A DNA stretch of 64,000 bases from assembly GCA_963708025.1 (NCBI GenBank), contig CAVPSB010000018.1, positions 384,001 through 448,000 of the forward strand, given 5' to 3'. The notes under the pieces are model-generated. The model saw nothing but the letters and a program-made list of their open reading frames with translations, was not told where the DNA came from and made no database searches. Positions within the stretch are counted from its first letter, which is position 1. Every line of letters begins with the position of its first letter. Positions 36,143 to 45,569 of the stretch are shown piece by piece. Position numbers and translations under genes: made by a program. The DNA comes from an uncultured Candidatus Rokubacteria bacterium (lineage in GTDB: Bacteria > Methylomirabilota > Methylomirabilia > Rokubacteriales > DASRDR01).

Positions 36143-37108
36143 TCACGACAGCCACGGCGTGACGCGGTCGGCTCGGTCCGCGACCCGCGCGAAGTGCCGG
36201 GCGGCGTAGTCGGCGAAGTCGAAGGGGAGCCGCGAGACGCCGATCTGGACCAACCCCCACATGGCCTCCCGGAGATCGGACGCGAGCCGCATCACCCCGA
36301 GCCGCGCCAGCGCCCGCGGCGTCGCGTCCTCGCCGTACAGCTCGAGGAGCCGCCGCTCCTCGGCCGGTCCCAACTCGCCATTGGCAGCCAGGTTGCCGAG
36401 GTCGAAGTAGCCGTCGCCCATCGCCGCGTACTCCCAGTCGAGGATGCGGATGCGGGCGCCGTCGTCGATGAAGTTGGCGGGCAGGAGGTCGTTGTGGCAC
36501 GGGACGGCCGGATCGGGGGGCGCGGCCGCTTCGATGCGGCGGACGAGCTCGAGCCACGCGGGAAGGGCCGGCGGGAGGGCGACCCCGTGGGCGAGGGCGA
36601 CGTCGCGGTAGCTCTCCACGGTCCGGAACGCCGAGAACCGGCCCGGGATCGACGGCCCCCGATGGACGCGCCGGATGGCCTCGACGATGCGACCCAGGGT
36701 GGCCGGGTCGTGGACGTCGGCCGCCTCCAGGCCGCGGCCGTCGATGAATCGCGTGACCAGGACCGCCGCTTCGGGGAGAGCGAACACCAGCTCGGGGCCG
36801 ACGCCGAGGCCGGCGGCCACGGCGGTCGCTGCCTGCTCCCGCGCGCGGTCGATCCCCAGGAGGCCGGTGCCCTCGCCGCCGATCCGGACGACGAACGTCC
36901 GGCCGTCCACGTCCACCCGGTAGTTCTCGTTCGTGATGCCGCCCGCCAGGGGCGTGATGCGGCACGTCGCGGCGGCGGCCCAGCCCGGAACCCGGGCCAC
37001 GACCTCCTCGACGGATATTCGGGGCCTCCCGCCCTCCCTCCCGCCCCCTCCCCCACCCACCGGGGGGGAGGGGGAGCCGGAGGACCGGATTCCTTCCGAC
37101 GCTCTCAA
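36143..37108 (-). CDS. Choline/ethanolamine kinase-like phosphotransferase
   Basis: GGITNENY, CHNDLLPANF, LDWEYAAMGD; first ~30 codons are repeat-derived. Confidence 0.88.
   Translation of the reverse strand: MRASEGIRSSGSPSPPVGGGGGGREGGRPRISVEEVVARVPGWAAAATCRITPLAGGITNENYRVDVDGRTFVVRIGGEGTGLLGIDRAREQAATAVAAGLGVGPELVFALPEAAVLVTRFIDGRGLEAADVHDPATLGRIVEAIRRVHRGPSIPGRFSAFRTVESYRDVALAHGVALPPALPAWLELVRRIEAAAPPDPAVPCHNDLLPANFIDDGARIRILDWEYAAMGDGYFDLGNLAANGELGPAEERRLLELYGEDATPRALARLGVMRLASDLREAMWGLVQIGVSRLPFDFADYAARHFARVADRADRVTPWLS
37018..37088. repeat. Dispersed modular repeat, short copy inside the kinase 5' end
   Basis: Minus strand GGTCCTCCGGCTCCCCCTCCCC...GGGCGGGAGGCCCCGAA matches both ends of the 42094-42224 copy. 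Confidence 0.75.
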
Positions 37109-38082
37109 TGGGTGCGCCAGGCGTCGGGGTTGACGAGGTTCGGCGGCCGCTGGCCGGCGAGCGCGGCGACGCAGTTCTCGGCGGCCCGCGTTGCCATGGC
37201 GAGCCGCGTCGCCCGGGAGGCCGAGCCGACGTGGGGCGTGAGGACGACCTGGTCCAGCTCGACGAGCCCCGGATGCACCCGCGGCTCGTCCTCGAAGACG
37301 TCGATCCCGGCCCCGGCGAGCCGGTGCTCCTGGAGAGCGCGGACCAGCGCCGCCTCGTCGACGACCGGGCCGCGGGCGACGTTGACGAGGTAGGCGCTTG
37401 GCTTCATCAGGGCCAGCTCGGCATCTCCGATCAGCCGGCGGGTCTCGGGCGTGAGGGGGACGGACAGGACGACGAAGTCCGCCTCGCGGAGGAGGTCGGT
37501 CTTGGACCGGTAGGCGGCGCCCAGACCTTCGGCCTCGGGATCGGGCCGCCGGGTGTGGTAGAGCACCCGCATGCCGAAGCCCGAGGCGCGTCGGGCGATG
37601 GCCTTCCCAATCCGGCCGAGGCCGATGATCCCGAGCGTGGCGCCCTGGACGTCGCGCCCCAGCATCAGACTCCAGGTCACGCCCTTCCAGCGCCCGGCCC
37701 GGACGAACCGGTCGCCCTCGGCCACCCGGCGCGCCGTGGCCAGCATGAGCGCCCAGGCCATGTCGGCCGTCGTCTCGGTGAGGACGCCCGGCGTGTTCGT
37801 GACGAGGATCCCCCGCCGGGTGGCGGCGGCGACGTCGATGAGGTTGTACCCCACCGCGGCCACCGCGATGACGCGAAGGCGCGGGGCGGCCTCGATGACC
37901 GCCGTCGAGACCGGATGGGAGCCCATCGGGATCACCGCCTCGACCGTGGCGACCCGATGGCGCAGCTCGGCCTCGGGCAGCTCCTCCTCGACCGGGCTCG
38001 TCTCGACGGTCCCCGCCTGCTCGAGGATCGCGCGGGGCTCGGGCTCCATCGGCCAGGTGACGAAGATCCGCGGATCGGGCAT
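37105..38082 (-). CDS. D-glycerate dehydrogenase/glyoxylate reductase
   Basis: NTPGVLTETTAD, GIIGLGRIG, NVARG, DVFEDEP, PHVGSA. Confidence 0.92.
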   Translation of the reverse strand: MPDPRIFVTWPMEPEPRAILEQAGTVETSPVEEELPEAELRHRVATVEAVIPMGSHPVSTAVIEAAPRLRVIAVAAVGYNLIDVAAATRRGILVTNTPGVLTETTADMAWALMLATARRVAEGDRFVRAGRWKGVTWSLMLGRDVQGATLGIIGLGRIGKAIARRASGFGMRVLYHTRRPDPEAEGLGAAYRSKTDLLREADFVVLSVPLTPETRRLIGDAELALMKPSAYLVNVARGPVVDEAALVRALQEHRLAGAGIDVFEDEPRVHPGLVELDQVVLTPHVGSASRATRLAMATRAAENCVAALAGQRPPNLVNPDAWRTH

Positions 38083-38165
38083 GACGCGGCGAGCCTAGCG
38101 GCGGCCCGCCGGCGGTGTCAAGCGCTCTGCGGCCGAGCTCTGCGACTGAGGGTCATCGGAGGCAA

Positions 38166-38294
38166 TCGGTCCTTCCGGCCCCCCTCCCTCCGGTGGCCAC
38201 CGGAGGGACGGGACGTCACGAGGGCCGCAGGCCCGAGCCGTCCCGGCGATCCGTCAAACGCAGGGGGGTTGGGGGGAGGGCGGGAGGTCCCGAA
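38166..38294. repeat. Dispersed modular repeat
   Basis: Near-identical to 42094-42224 (GGAGGGACGGGACGTC.CGAGGGCCG.AGGCCCGAGCCGTCCCGGCGATCC...GGGCGGGAGGTCCCGAA). Confidence 0.85.
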
Positions 38295-38681
38295 TCAAGC
38301 AGGCGACGATGTCGGCCGCCGCGGTGGGGCGCGCCAGCCGCCGGGCGCCTCGCCGGAGGGCGTCGAGCCGCCCTGGATCATCGAGGAGCCGGTCGATCTT
38401 GTAGGCCAGGACCGGCAGGTTGTTGCAGCGGATGGCGGCGCCCTCCTCCAGCAGGTGGTCCGCGTTGCGCTCTTCCTGGCCGGGGATGGGGTTCACGATC
38501 ACGATCGGGAGACCGCGGGCCAGCGCCTCGGAGGTGGTGAGGCCGCCCGGCTTGCCGACGAGCAGATCGGCCGCGGCCATGTACTCGTCCATCTCGGTGG
38601 TGTAGCGCGCTCGAGAGCCTGGGCCGCGCGCACGTGACCGGCGCCGGCCGATGCCGAGAGCAGCAGCACCCGGTCAAGCAT
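38254..38681 (-). pseudogene. MGDG synthase/UgtP-like glycosyltransferase with a large internal deletion
   Basis: N-terminal motif LSASAGAGHVRAAQAL is joined out of frame near 38605 to C-terminal TTEMDEYMAAADLLVGKPGGLTTSEALARGLP...PGQEERNA. Confidence 0.85.
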
Positions 38682-39576
38682 CGGGCGGGCGCCCGGCCCG
38701 GACGCGGAGGGCGCCGGGGTGGACCCGGGCGGTCAGGACGGAACCGCCGGCGGCCGGCTCGCCGTCCACGTGGAAGAGGAGCGGCTCGGCGGCCGCCACC
38801 TCGAGCCGCGTGAAGGGCCGCATGGCGACGCCCGGCGCTTCGCCGATGGAGCCGGTGAACACCCGGCGCGCGTCCCACAAGGTTCGGAGCGGGCCGCGCG
38901 GCGCCACCACGACCAGGTCCAGGCGGCCGTCGTCGAGCCGGGCCCGGGGCGCGATGAGCACGTCGCCGCCGTACCGGCGGGAGTTGGCGCAGACGAGGAG
39001 GAGCGCGCGGCAGCACGACGTCTCGCCGTCCACCGAGAGTCGGTACTCCGCCGGCCGGTACCGGAAGACCTCCCGGATGCCGATCAGGAAGTAGGGGACC
39101 GGGCCCCGCCGCCCCCGGGCGCGAGTGTTGAACCGCGCGGCGACGCGCGCGTCGAAGCCGATCCCGGCGACGTTGAAGAACAGCCGGTCGCCGAGCTCCC
39201 CGGCGTCGATGAGCCGCTCCGGCGCCGAGAGCCCCGCCCGGAGCGCGGCCGCCGGGTCACGCGGCACGCCGAGCTCGCGCGCGAGGCCGTTGCCCGAGCC
39301 CGCCGGCACCACGGCCAGCGCGGCCGGCCCGAAGGCCAGGGCGCGGCCTACCTCGTTCACCGTGCCGTCGCCCCCCCAGGCGAAGACCACGGAGGCGCCG
39401 CGTCCGACGGCGTCCCGGGCCAGCTCGAACGCGTGACCGGAGGCGCCGGTCACGTGGACCTCGGCCGCGACGCCGGCGGCAGTGAGGACGGCGGTCGCCA
39501 GCTCGGCCCGGCGGCGTCCGGCATCCGGACGCCCGTGGGCCCCGGAGATGGGGTTGACGATGACGGCGGCGCGCAT
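38674..39576 (-). CDS. Diacylglycerol kinase-family lipid kinase
   Basis: IVNPISG, GGDGTVNEV, PAGSGNGLAREL, AGIGFDA, VDGE. Confidence 0.92.
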   Translation of the reverse strand: MRAAVIVNPISGAHGRPDAGRRRAELATAVLTAAGVAAEVHVTGASGHAFELARDAVGRGASVVFAWGGDGTVNEVGRALAFGPAALAVVPAGSGNGLARELGVPRDPAAALRAGLSAPERLIDAGELGDRLFFNVAGIGFDARVAARFNTRARGRRGPVPYFLIGIREVFRYRPAEYRLSVDGETSCCRALLLVCANSRRYGGDVLIAPRARLDDGRLDLVVVAPRGPLRTLWDARRVFTGSIGEAPGVAMRPFTRLEVAAAEPLLFHVDGEPAAGGSVLTARVHPGALRVRAGRPPDA

Positions 39577-39745
39577 CCGCTAGTCGCGACCTCTCGCATC
39601 GAGTGAAGCACGAAAGCGGGCCCCGGGGCCGCTCGATTTCCAGCCGGCGCTCCGGCGGAATGGCCGGCCGGCTGGCTGTTGCCCCGAGACCTTTTCCCGT
39701 AGAATGGGCCCGTTTCGTCTCCCACACTTCACCATGGAGGTCCGC

Positions 39746-40042
39746 ATGGGTCAGATGAAGGAGTTCGCCGGCGTCTATTACCGGGAGGGGGCCCTCGACC
39801 CCAAGACGATGCAGCTGGTGGCGCTGGCCGCGATGGCGGCGGCTGGCTGCACGTCCTGAGTGCCCGGACGCTTCGCGGCTGCGAAGCAGGCCGGCGCCAC
39901 CGAGGACGAGATCAGCGAGGCCCTGATGTACGCGATGCGGGGCCGGGCCCGCGCCGCCTGGAGCACGATCAAGCACATCGAGGGCATCGAGGACCTGAAC
40001 AAGGCGTGGAAGACGAAGTACGAGCGAGAGAACGGGAAGTAG
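39746..40042 (+). CDS. AhpD/carboxymuconolactone decarboxylase-like selenoprotein (CxxU)
   Basis: GGAGG RBS. GALDPKTMQLVALAAMAAAGCTS-UGA(39857)-VPGRFAAAKQAGATEDEISEAL is continuous CMD-family sequence across the UGA, followed by hairpin GCTTCGC-GGCT-GCGAAGC. Confidence 0.85.
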
Positions 40043-40123
40043 CCGACGCTGCTCCGTGACCGCCGCGGACCCGTCAGGGCCGCGGCGGTCGATGACCCTT
40101 CACCGGCACGCCGGGAGCCACCC

Positions 40124-41050
40124 ATGCCCTACTGTCGGACCGATGACCGGGTGCGCATCTACTACGAGGAGCATGGACCCGCCGGGAGCGGCGCACCAGA
40201 GGTCGGAGGCCGTCCGGACGACGCCGCGGGCCGCCGGCGCCGCGACCAGGCAAGTGGCACACCGCTGGTCCTCGCCTACGGCATCGGCGGCAACACCGAC
40301 ATGTGGGACACCAACACGGCGGCCCTGGCCGCCCGCCACCGGCTGATCCTGTGGGAGCCTCGCGGGCACGCGCGCTCGGATAGCCCCGCGGACCCGGCGA
40401 AGTACTCGTTCGCGCGCTGGGCCCTCGACCTGCGTGATCTCCTCGACCACCTCGGGCTCCGGACGGCGCACGTGGGCGGGCTCTCCCTCGGCGGCGGCAT
40501 CGCCACCCGGTTCGCCCTCCGCTTCCCCGGGCGGGTCCGCTCGCTGCTCGTGACCAACTCCTCCTCGGCCTCGGGGCTGCCGCTGTCCGTGGAGAATCTG
40601 GTCATGCGGGCCCGGAGCGTCGAGATCACGCTGACCCAGGGCATGGACGCGATGGCCGAGTACGCGATGGCGACGAACCCCAACCTGATCGCGCGGCTCG
40701 CCCTGAACCCCGACGCCAAGGCCGAGTTCTACGAGGAGTATCGCCGGCTCAGCCCGATCGGCTATGCGAACTCGTGCCGGGCGCTGATCGCCATGGATCA
40801 CATCACCGCCGAGCTGCCCCGGCTGGCCGAGCGGAAGATCCCGGTGCTGCTGATCGGCGGCGACCGCGATCCGTCGCTGGCCCCCATGCGGGTGATGCAC
40901 CGGAAGATCCGCGGCTCGAAGCTCGTCGTCCTCTCGTCCGCGTCGCACTTCGCCAACCGCGATCAGCCCGAGGCATGGAACCACACGGCGCTCGACTTCC
41001 TGGCGCGGTGCGACGGGCGGAGCGCCCGCCCGCGCGGCAGAGCGGCTTGA
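40124..41050 (+). CDS. Alpha/beta hydrolase with an N-terminal insertion
   Basis: RGHARS, GLSLGG nucleophile elbow, GDRD, HFAN. Confidence 0.9.
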   Translation: MPYCRTDDRVRIYYEEHGPAGSGAPEVGGRPDDAAGRRRRDQASGTPLVLAYGIGGNTDMWDTNTAALAARHRLILWEPRGHARSDSPADPAKYSFARWALDLRDLLDHLGLRTAHVGGLSLGGGIATRFALRFPGRVRSLLVTNSSSASGLPLSVENLVMRARSVEITLTQGMDAMAEYAMATNPNLIARLALNPDAKAEFYEEYRRLSPIGYANSCRALIAMDHITAELPRLAERKIPVLLIGGDRDPSLAPMRVMHRKIRGSKLVVLSSASHFANRDQPEAWNHTALDFLARCDGRSARPRGRAA

Positions 41051-41051
41051 C

Positions 41052-41990
41052 GTGACGCCACCGGCCCGTCCGGGCGCCGTCGGGGTCATCGGCAACGGGC
41101 TCATCGGCCACGGCGTGGCCCAGATCTTCGCCACCGCCGGCACGCCGGTCCGGCTCATCGGACGCCGGGCGGCCAGCCTGGAGGCGGCCCTCGGCCGGAT
41201 CCGCGAGAGCCTCGGCCGGTTCCGGGCCCACGGGCTCCTGACGCCGGAGGCCGCCGGGGCGGCCCTGGCGCGGATCGCCACGACGACCGATCTCGACGCG
41301 GCGGCCGGCGTCGATCTGGTGATCGAGGCGGTGACCGAGGACATCCCGCTCAAGCACGGGATCTTCGAGCGGCTCGACCGGGTCTGTCCGCCGCCGGCCG
41401 TGCTCGCCTCGTCGAGCGGCCAGCCGGCGAGCCGGCTGGTCGCCCGGGTCCGTCACCGCGAGCGAGTGGTCGCCGCCCACTTCTGGAACCCGCCCCAGCT
41501 GATCCCGCTCGTCGAGGTCTGCGCCGGGCCCGAGACCGCCCCCGACGTCGTGCCGTGGATCTGCGCGGTGCTCCGCGCGGTCGGCAAGCAGCCCGTCGTG
41601 CTCGAGCGCGAGATCGACGGGTTCATCGGCAACCGGCTCCAGTTCGCGCTCCTCCGCGAGGCGCTGGCCCTGTGGGCGGCCGGCGTGGCGTCGGCGGAGG
41701 CGATCGACCTCGCGGTCAAGACGAGCTTCGGCCGGCGGCTGGCGGTGACCGGGCCCCTGGAGTCGGCCGACCTCGGCGGGCTCGATACGTTCCGCGCCTT
41801 CTCCGCGTTCCTGTTCCCCGGCCTCGACCGGAGCGCCGAGCCGCCCCCGGCGATGGCCGAGCTGGTCGGCCAGGGGCATCGCGGGCTGTCGAGCGGCCGC
41901 GGGTTCTACGACTGGTCGGCGCGCGACGGCGACGAGCTCGTCGCCCGGCGCGTCGAGGAGCTGTTCCGCCATCTGACCCGAGAGGTGTGA
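41052..41990 (+). CDS. 3-hydroxyacyl-CoA dehydrogenase-family protein
   Basis: GNGLIGHG, EAVTED, HFWNPP, GFIGNRLQ, GRGFYDW. Confidence 0.92.
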   Translation: MTPPARPGAVGVIGNGLIGHGVAQIFATAGTPVRLIGRRAASLEAALGRIRESLGRFRAHGLLTPEAAGAALARIATTTDLDAAAGVDLVIEAVTEDIPLKHGIFERLDRVCPPPAVLASSSGQPASRLVARVRHRERVVAAHFWNPPQLIPLVEVCAGPETAPDVVPWICAVLRAVGKQPVVLEREIDGFIGNRLQFALLREALALWAAGVASAEAIDLAVKTSFGRRLAVTGPLESADLGGLDTFRAFSAFLFPGLDRSAEPPPAMAELVGQGHRGLSSGRGFYDWSARDGDELVARRVEELFRHLTREV

Positions 41991-42093
41991 ACCAGGTCCC
42001 GATCATCATCGCCAGCCACGTCGTGATCGCGACGCGACTCTCGCGGAGCCGCCGGGACGCGGCTCGGCCGTTCTGAGAGGGTGTGAAGCAATG

Positions 42094-42224
42094 GGTCCTC
42101 CGGCTCCCCCCTCCCCCCGGTGCCCGCCGGAGGGACGGGACGTCGCGAGGGCCGTAGGCCCGAGCCGTCCCGGCGATCCGGTCAATCGGGAGGGGGGTTG
42201 GGGGGGTGGGCGGGAGGTCCCGAA
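42094..42224. repeat. Dispersed modular repeat
   Basis: Near-identical to 38166-38294; lies between convergent genes. Confidence 0.85.
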
Positions 42225-42252
42225 CTGACAACATCGCGATTCGGCGCCGGCG

Positions 42253-42981
42253 TCACGGACGTTCCCGATAGTCCCCGCGCCGGCCGGCGGTCCAGAGCTG
42301 CGCCAGCTCGACGAGCATGCCGAGCGAGTCGGTAACGAGCCGAAGGTGGGTCTGGGGGTCGTTCCGCCACACGATGGGCACCTCGATCACCCGGTAGCCG
42401 AGGCGCCGGGCCAGCCACAGGACCTCGACGTCGAACGCGTAGCCGTCCAGCCGCTGGCGCGCGAACAGAGCCGTCGCCGCCGGCCGGCGGAACGCCTTGA
42501 AGCCGCACTGGCTGTCGTGGATCCCGGGCAGGAAGCAGAGCGACACGAGCCGGCTGAAGCCGCGGCCCGCGAGATCGCGCAGCCAGGGTTGGCGCACCTG
42601 GACATCGGACCCATCGAGACGGCGGGAGCCGATGGCGACGTCGTACCCCTCGGCCAGCCCGGCACGGAGCTTGGCGATCTCCTCGAGCGGTGCCGAAAGG
42701 TCGGCGTCGGTGACCACCACCTCGTCCTCGCGCGCCGCCAGCACCCCGCGTCGCACGCTCGCACCTTTGCCCCGGTTGACGCCGCCCCGCAGCACGGAGA
42801 CCCGGAGGGGGCCGCGCGCCATCTCGGCCGCGATCTCGGCGGTGCCGTCCGTGCTGCCGTCGTCGACGACGATGACCTCGGAGGAATCGCCGAGCGTGGC
42901 GACATAGTCCAGGACGCGCGGCAGGGTGGTGCCGAGCCGGCGCGCCTCGTTGTAGGCGGGGATGACGATGGAAAGGCCCAC
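42253..42981 (-). CDS. GT2 glycosyltransferase, dolichyl-phosphate glucosyltransferase-like
   Basis: IPAYNE, VDDGSTDGT, NRGKG, DAD, DSQCGFK, FDVE. Confidence 0.92.
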   Translation of the reverse strand: MGLSIVIPAYNEARRLGTTLPRVLDYVATLGDSSEVIVVDDGSTDGTAEIAAEMARGPLRVSVLRGGVNRGKGASVRRGVLAAREDEVVVTDADLSAPLEEIAKLRAGLAEGYDVAIGSRRLDGSDVQVRQPWLRDLAGRGFSRLVSLCFLPGIHDSQCGFKAFRRPAATALFARQRLDGYAFDVEVLWLARRLGYRVIEVPIVWRNDPQTHLRLVTDSLGMLVELAQLWTAGRRGDYRERP

Positions 42982-43074
42982 CGGCGGCTACCCGGCTGAG
43001 GGGCGGGGCGGCGTCCTAGCCTTCGGTCAGGTCGATGACGGGGAGATCCTCGACCGGGGCGCCCATGGTGCCCG

Positions 43075-43120
43075 AGTATAGGAAGGGGGTCTGCCGGGGG
43101 TCAAGGCGGAAGGCTACAAT
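43075..43120. promoter_or_regulatory. Divergent promoter region
   Basis: Minus strand TTGACC-N18-TATACT (43104-43075); plus strand TACAAT (43115) 6 nt before GTG 43127. Confidence 0.5.
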
Positions 43121-43126
43121 ACCTGC

Positions 43127-44464
43127 GTGGGCCTCTCGACCGGCTTCGGCCTGCTGGCCGTCGTCGCGCTGGTGGTGCTGAACGGGTTCTTCGTGGCCAC
43201 GGAGTTCGCGATCGTGGCCGTGCGGCGCTCCCGGCTCGAGCAGCTCGCCGCCCAGGGGGACGCGTCAGCCCAGCGCGCCCGGGAGGTCGTGCAGCACCTG
43301 GACGCCTACATCGCCGCCTGTCAGCTCGGCATCACGATGGCTTCGCTGGCGCTGGGATGGATCGGCGAGCCGGCCCTGGCCGGCCTGGTCGCGGCTCCGC
43401 TGGAGCGGCTCCTCGGCCGCTTCGGGCCCGCCGCCTCGCACGCGGTCGCCATCGGCGTCGCCTTCGCGGCCATCACCGCGCTCCACATCGTTGTCGGCGA
43501 GCTGGCCCCGAAGGGTCTGGCCCTCCAGCGCCCGGAGGCGACCGCCCTGTGGGTCGCCCGGCCGATCCAGCTCTTCTACGTCCTCTTCCGCTGGCCGATC
43601 ACCGCCCTCAACATCGTCGGAAACGCGGTGCTGGGGCTGGTCGGCCTGCGGCCCGCCGCCGGCCACGAGATGGTTCACACCGTGCAGGAGCTGGATCTCC
43701 TGCTGAGGGCCAGCCAGCGGGCGGGCATGGTGGAGGAATCGGAGGCGCGCATCGCGAGCCGGGCGTTCGAGTTCGCCGACCTGACGGCCGGTGCCCTCAT
43801 GACGCCGCGCACCGAGCTGGAGGCAGTGCCGGTGACCATCGGGCTGGAGGAGCTGCTGGAGGCGGTCGCCTCGGGGCGGCACACCCGGGTCCTGGCCTAC
43901 GAGGGCTCGATCGACAACATCCTCGGCGCGCTCCCCGTGCGCGATCTCATCGGGGTGGCCCGGCGCCCGCCCGAGAGGTTCGACCTCCGCGCGCTGCTCC
44001 GCCCGGTGCTCACCGTGCCGGAGAGCCGCCGGGCGGACGACCTCCTCGAGGACATGCGCGCGGCCGGCTGCGACCTGGCCGTGGTCGTGGACGAGTACGG
44101 GGGCACCGCGGGGCTCGTCACCTTGAGAGATCTGCTCCGCGCGCTGGTCGGCCGGATCGACGAGGCGGTGGCCGGGCGGACCAGCCCGGAATCCGGCCTG
44201 CTTCGGCCGGCCCCGGACGGGTCGGTGATGCTGGACGGGCTGACGCGGATCCACGAGCTGGAGGAGCTGATCGGCCAGGACCTCGACGAGGCCGAGACGG
44301 GCGGTGCCGACACGCTCGGCGGCCTGATCATGGCGCGCCTCGACCGGCTCCCCCAGGTCTCGGACGAGGTCACCGTCGCCGGGCGCCGCCTCCGGGTGGA
44401 GGCGCTGCACGGCCGGCGGGTCGGGCTGGCCCGGCTGCTCCCCGGGCCGGCGACCTCGCGGTAG
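43127..44464 (+). CDS. HlyC/CorC (CNNM-CBS-CorC) membrane protein
   Basis: NGFFVATEFA, QLGIT, GELAPK, MTPR, VDEYGGTAG. Confidence 0.93.
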   Translation: MGLSTGFGLLAVVALVVLNGFFVATEFAIVAVRRSRLEQLAAQGDASAQRAREVVQHLDAYIAACQLGITMASLALGWIGEPALAGLVAAPLERLLGRFGPAASHAVAIGVAFAAITALHIVVGELAPKGLALQRPEATALWVARPIQLFYVLFRWPITALNIVGNAVLGLVGLRPAAGHEMVHTVQELDLLLRASQRAGMVEESEARIASRAFEFADLTAGALMTPRTELEAVPVTIGLEELLEAVASGRHTRVLAYEGSIDNILGALPVRDLIGVARRPPERFDLRALLRPVLTVPESRRADDLLEDMRAAGCDLAVVVDEYGGTAGLVTLRDLLRALVGRIDEAVAGRTSPESGLLRPAPDGSVMLDGLTRIHELEELIGQDLDEAETGGADTLGGLIMARLDRLPQVSDEVTVAGRRLRVEALHGRRVGLARLLPGPATSR

Positions 44465-44494
44465 CGCCGGAGCCTGGCCGGGTCGCCGCGCGGA

Positions 44495-45239
44495 TCATGG
44501 CGCCGCCTCGTCCTCGCGCCGAGCCTCGACCACCGGACTCGCCACGCGAAGCCAGGCCAAGATCCGGCCCCGGAGGAGATAGAGCGGCAGGGCGACGATG
44601 GCGACCGCCGCTGTCAGCACGGCCAGCTCGGCGTAGTGCCCGCTGGCCGTCTTCGCGCCCTGCACCGAGAGCACCCAGGTCCCCGGGATGCGACCGACGG
44701 TCGAACAGCGCGGCGAAGACCCAGAAGGAGATCGGAGACACGCCGAACAGGTAGGAGACGATGTCCTTCGGGAAGCCCGGGAGGGCATAGATGACGAGGC
44801 ACAGGATCGCGCCTTCGGTCCTGGCCAGGAACCCGACGCGGGCCCACGTCCGGGACGAGACGACCCGGCGGACGAACGGCGAGCCCAGCCAGCGCCCGAT
44901 GCCGAAGGCCGCCAGGGTCCCGATCGTCAGGCCGATCGTGGAGTACACGAAGCCCAGCGCCTCGGCGAACAGGTAGCCGCCGAGAAAGCCGATGACCTCG
45001 CCGGGGATGGGCGAGATCATGACCTGAAGCGCCTGGATGCCGATGAAGATGAGAGGGGCCCAGATCCCCGACCGCTGGAGGCAGTCCTCCAGGAAATCGC
45101 GGTCCCGGTAGAGCTCCACCACGAGGGCGAAGACCGGGCGGCCGGCGGTGGCCAGCCACCAGCCGAGGCCGACGAGCGCCAGGAGGCAGGCCGCCCCCAG
45201 CCAGGCGGTCCTAGCGGGCGGGGCCGATGAGCGTCGCAA
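44495..45239 (-). pseudogene. TVP38/VTT-family membrane protein with a 1-nt frameshift near 44705 (possibly a sequencing error)
   Basis: IQALQVMISPIPGE...LPGFPKDIVSYLFG, then continues in another frame as STVGRIPGTWVLS. Confidence 0.75.
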
Positions 45240-45277
45240 CGTTCATCTCGGTCGGGACGCGCTCGGCCTGCGTCGAT

Positions 45278-45504
45278 CGGACGGCCTTCGGCCTGGGGGC
45301 GTCCGTCCCGACCTCTGGTCGTCGTTCGGACGGCCTTCGGCCTTTGGGGTCGTCGCCGATCCTCGGCGTACTCGGAGTACGCCTGCGGTCGGCGACTCCC
45401 TGCGTCCATTGGACGGCCTTCGGACTGTGGCGGACGGCCTTCGGCCTGTGGGCGCTGCTCGCTCCTCGGCCCCGCCCCGAGAAGTTGACTGATCGGCCAT
45501 GACT
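45278..45504. repeat. Composite palindromic repeat cluster (BIME-like)
   Basis: Four GACGGCCTTCGG modules (45280, 45329, 45412, 45433) around a GTCGCCGA...GGCGTAC-TCGGA-GTACGCC...TCGGCGAC hairpin. Confidence 0.85.
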
Positions 45505-45569
45505 GTGGCGGTTGTCTAGCACGCGTGGGCGGGGTCTGGCAAGAGCGGGTCGCCGGAGCCGGCGCCCCG

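Noticed and set aside
45278-45504. Repeated GACGGCCTTCGG units as a CRISPR array
   Set aside because: Units are ~14 bp with irregular spacing (21-83 bp) and palindromic spacers, there are no cas genes, and the same unit is dispersed elsewhere.
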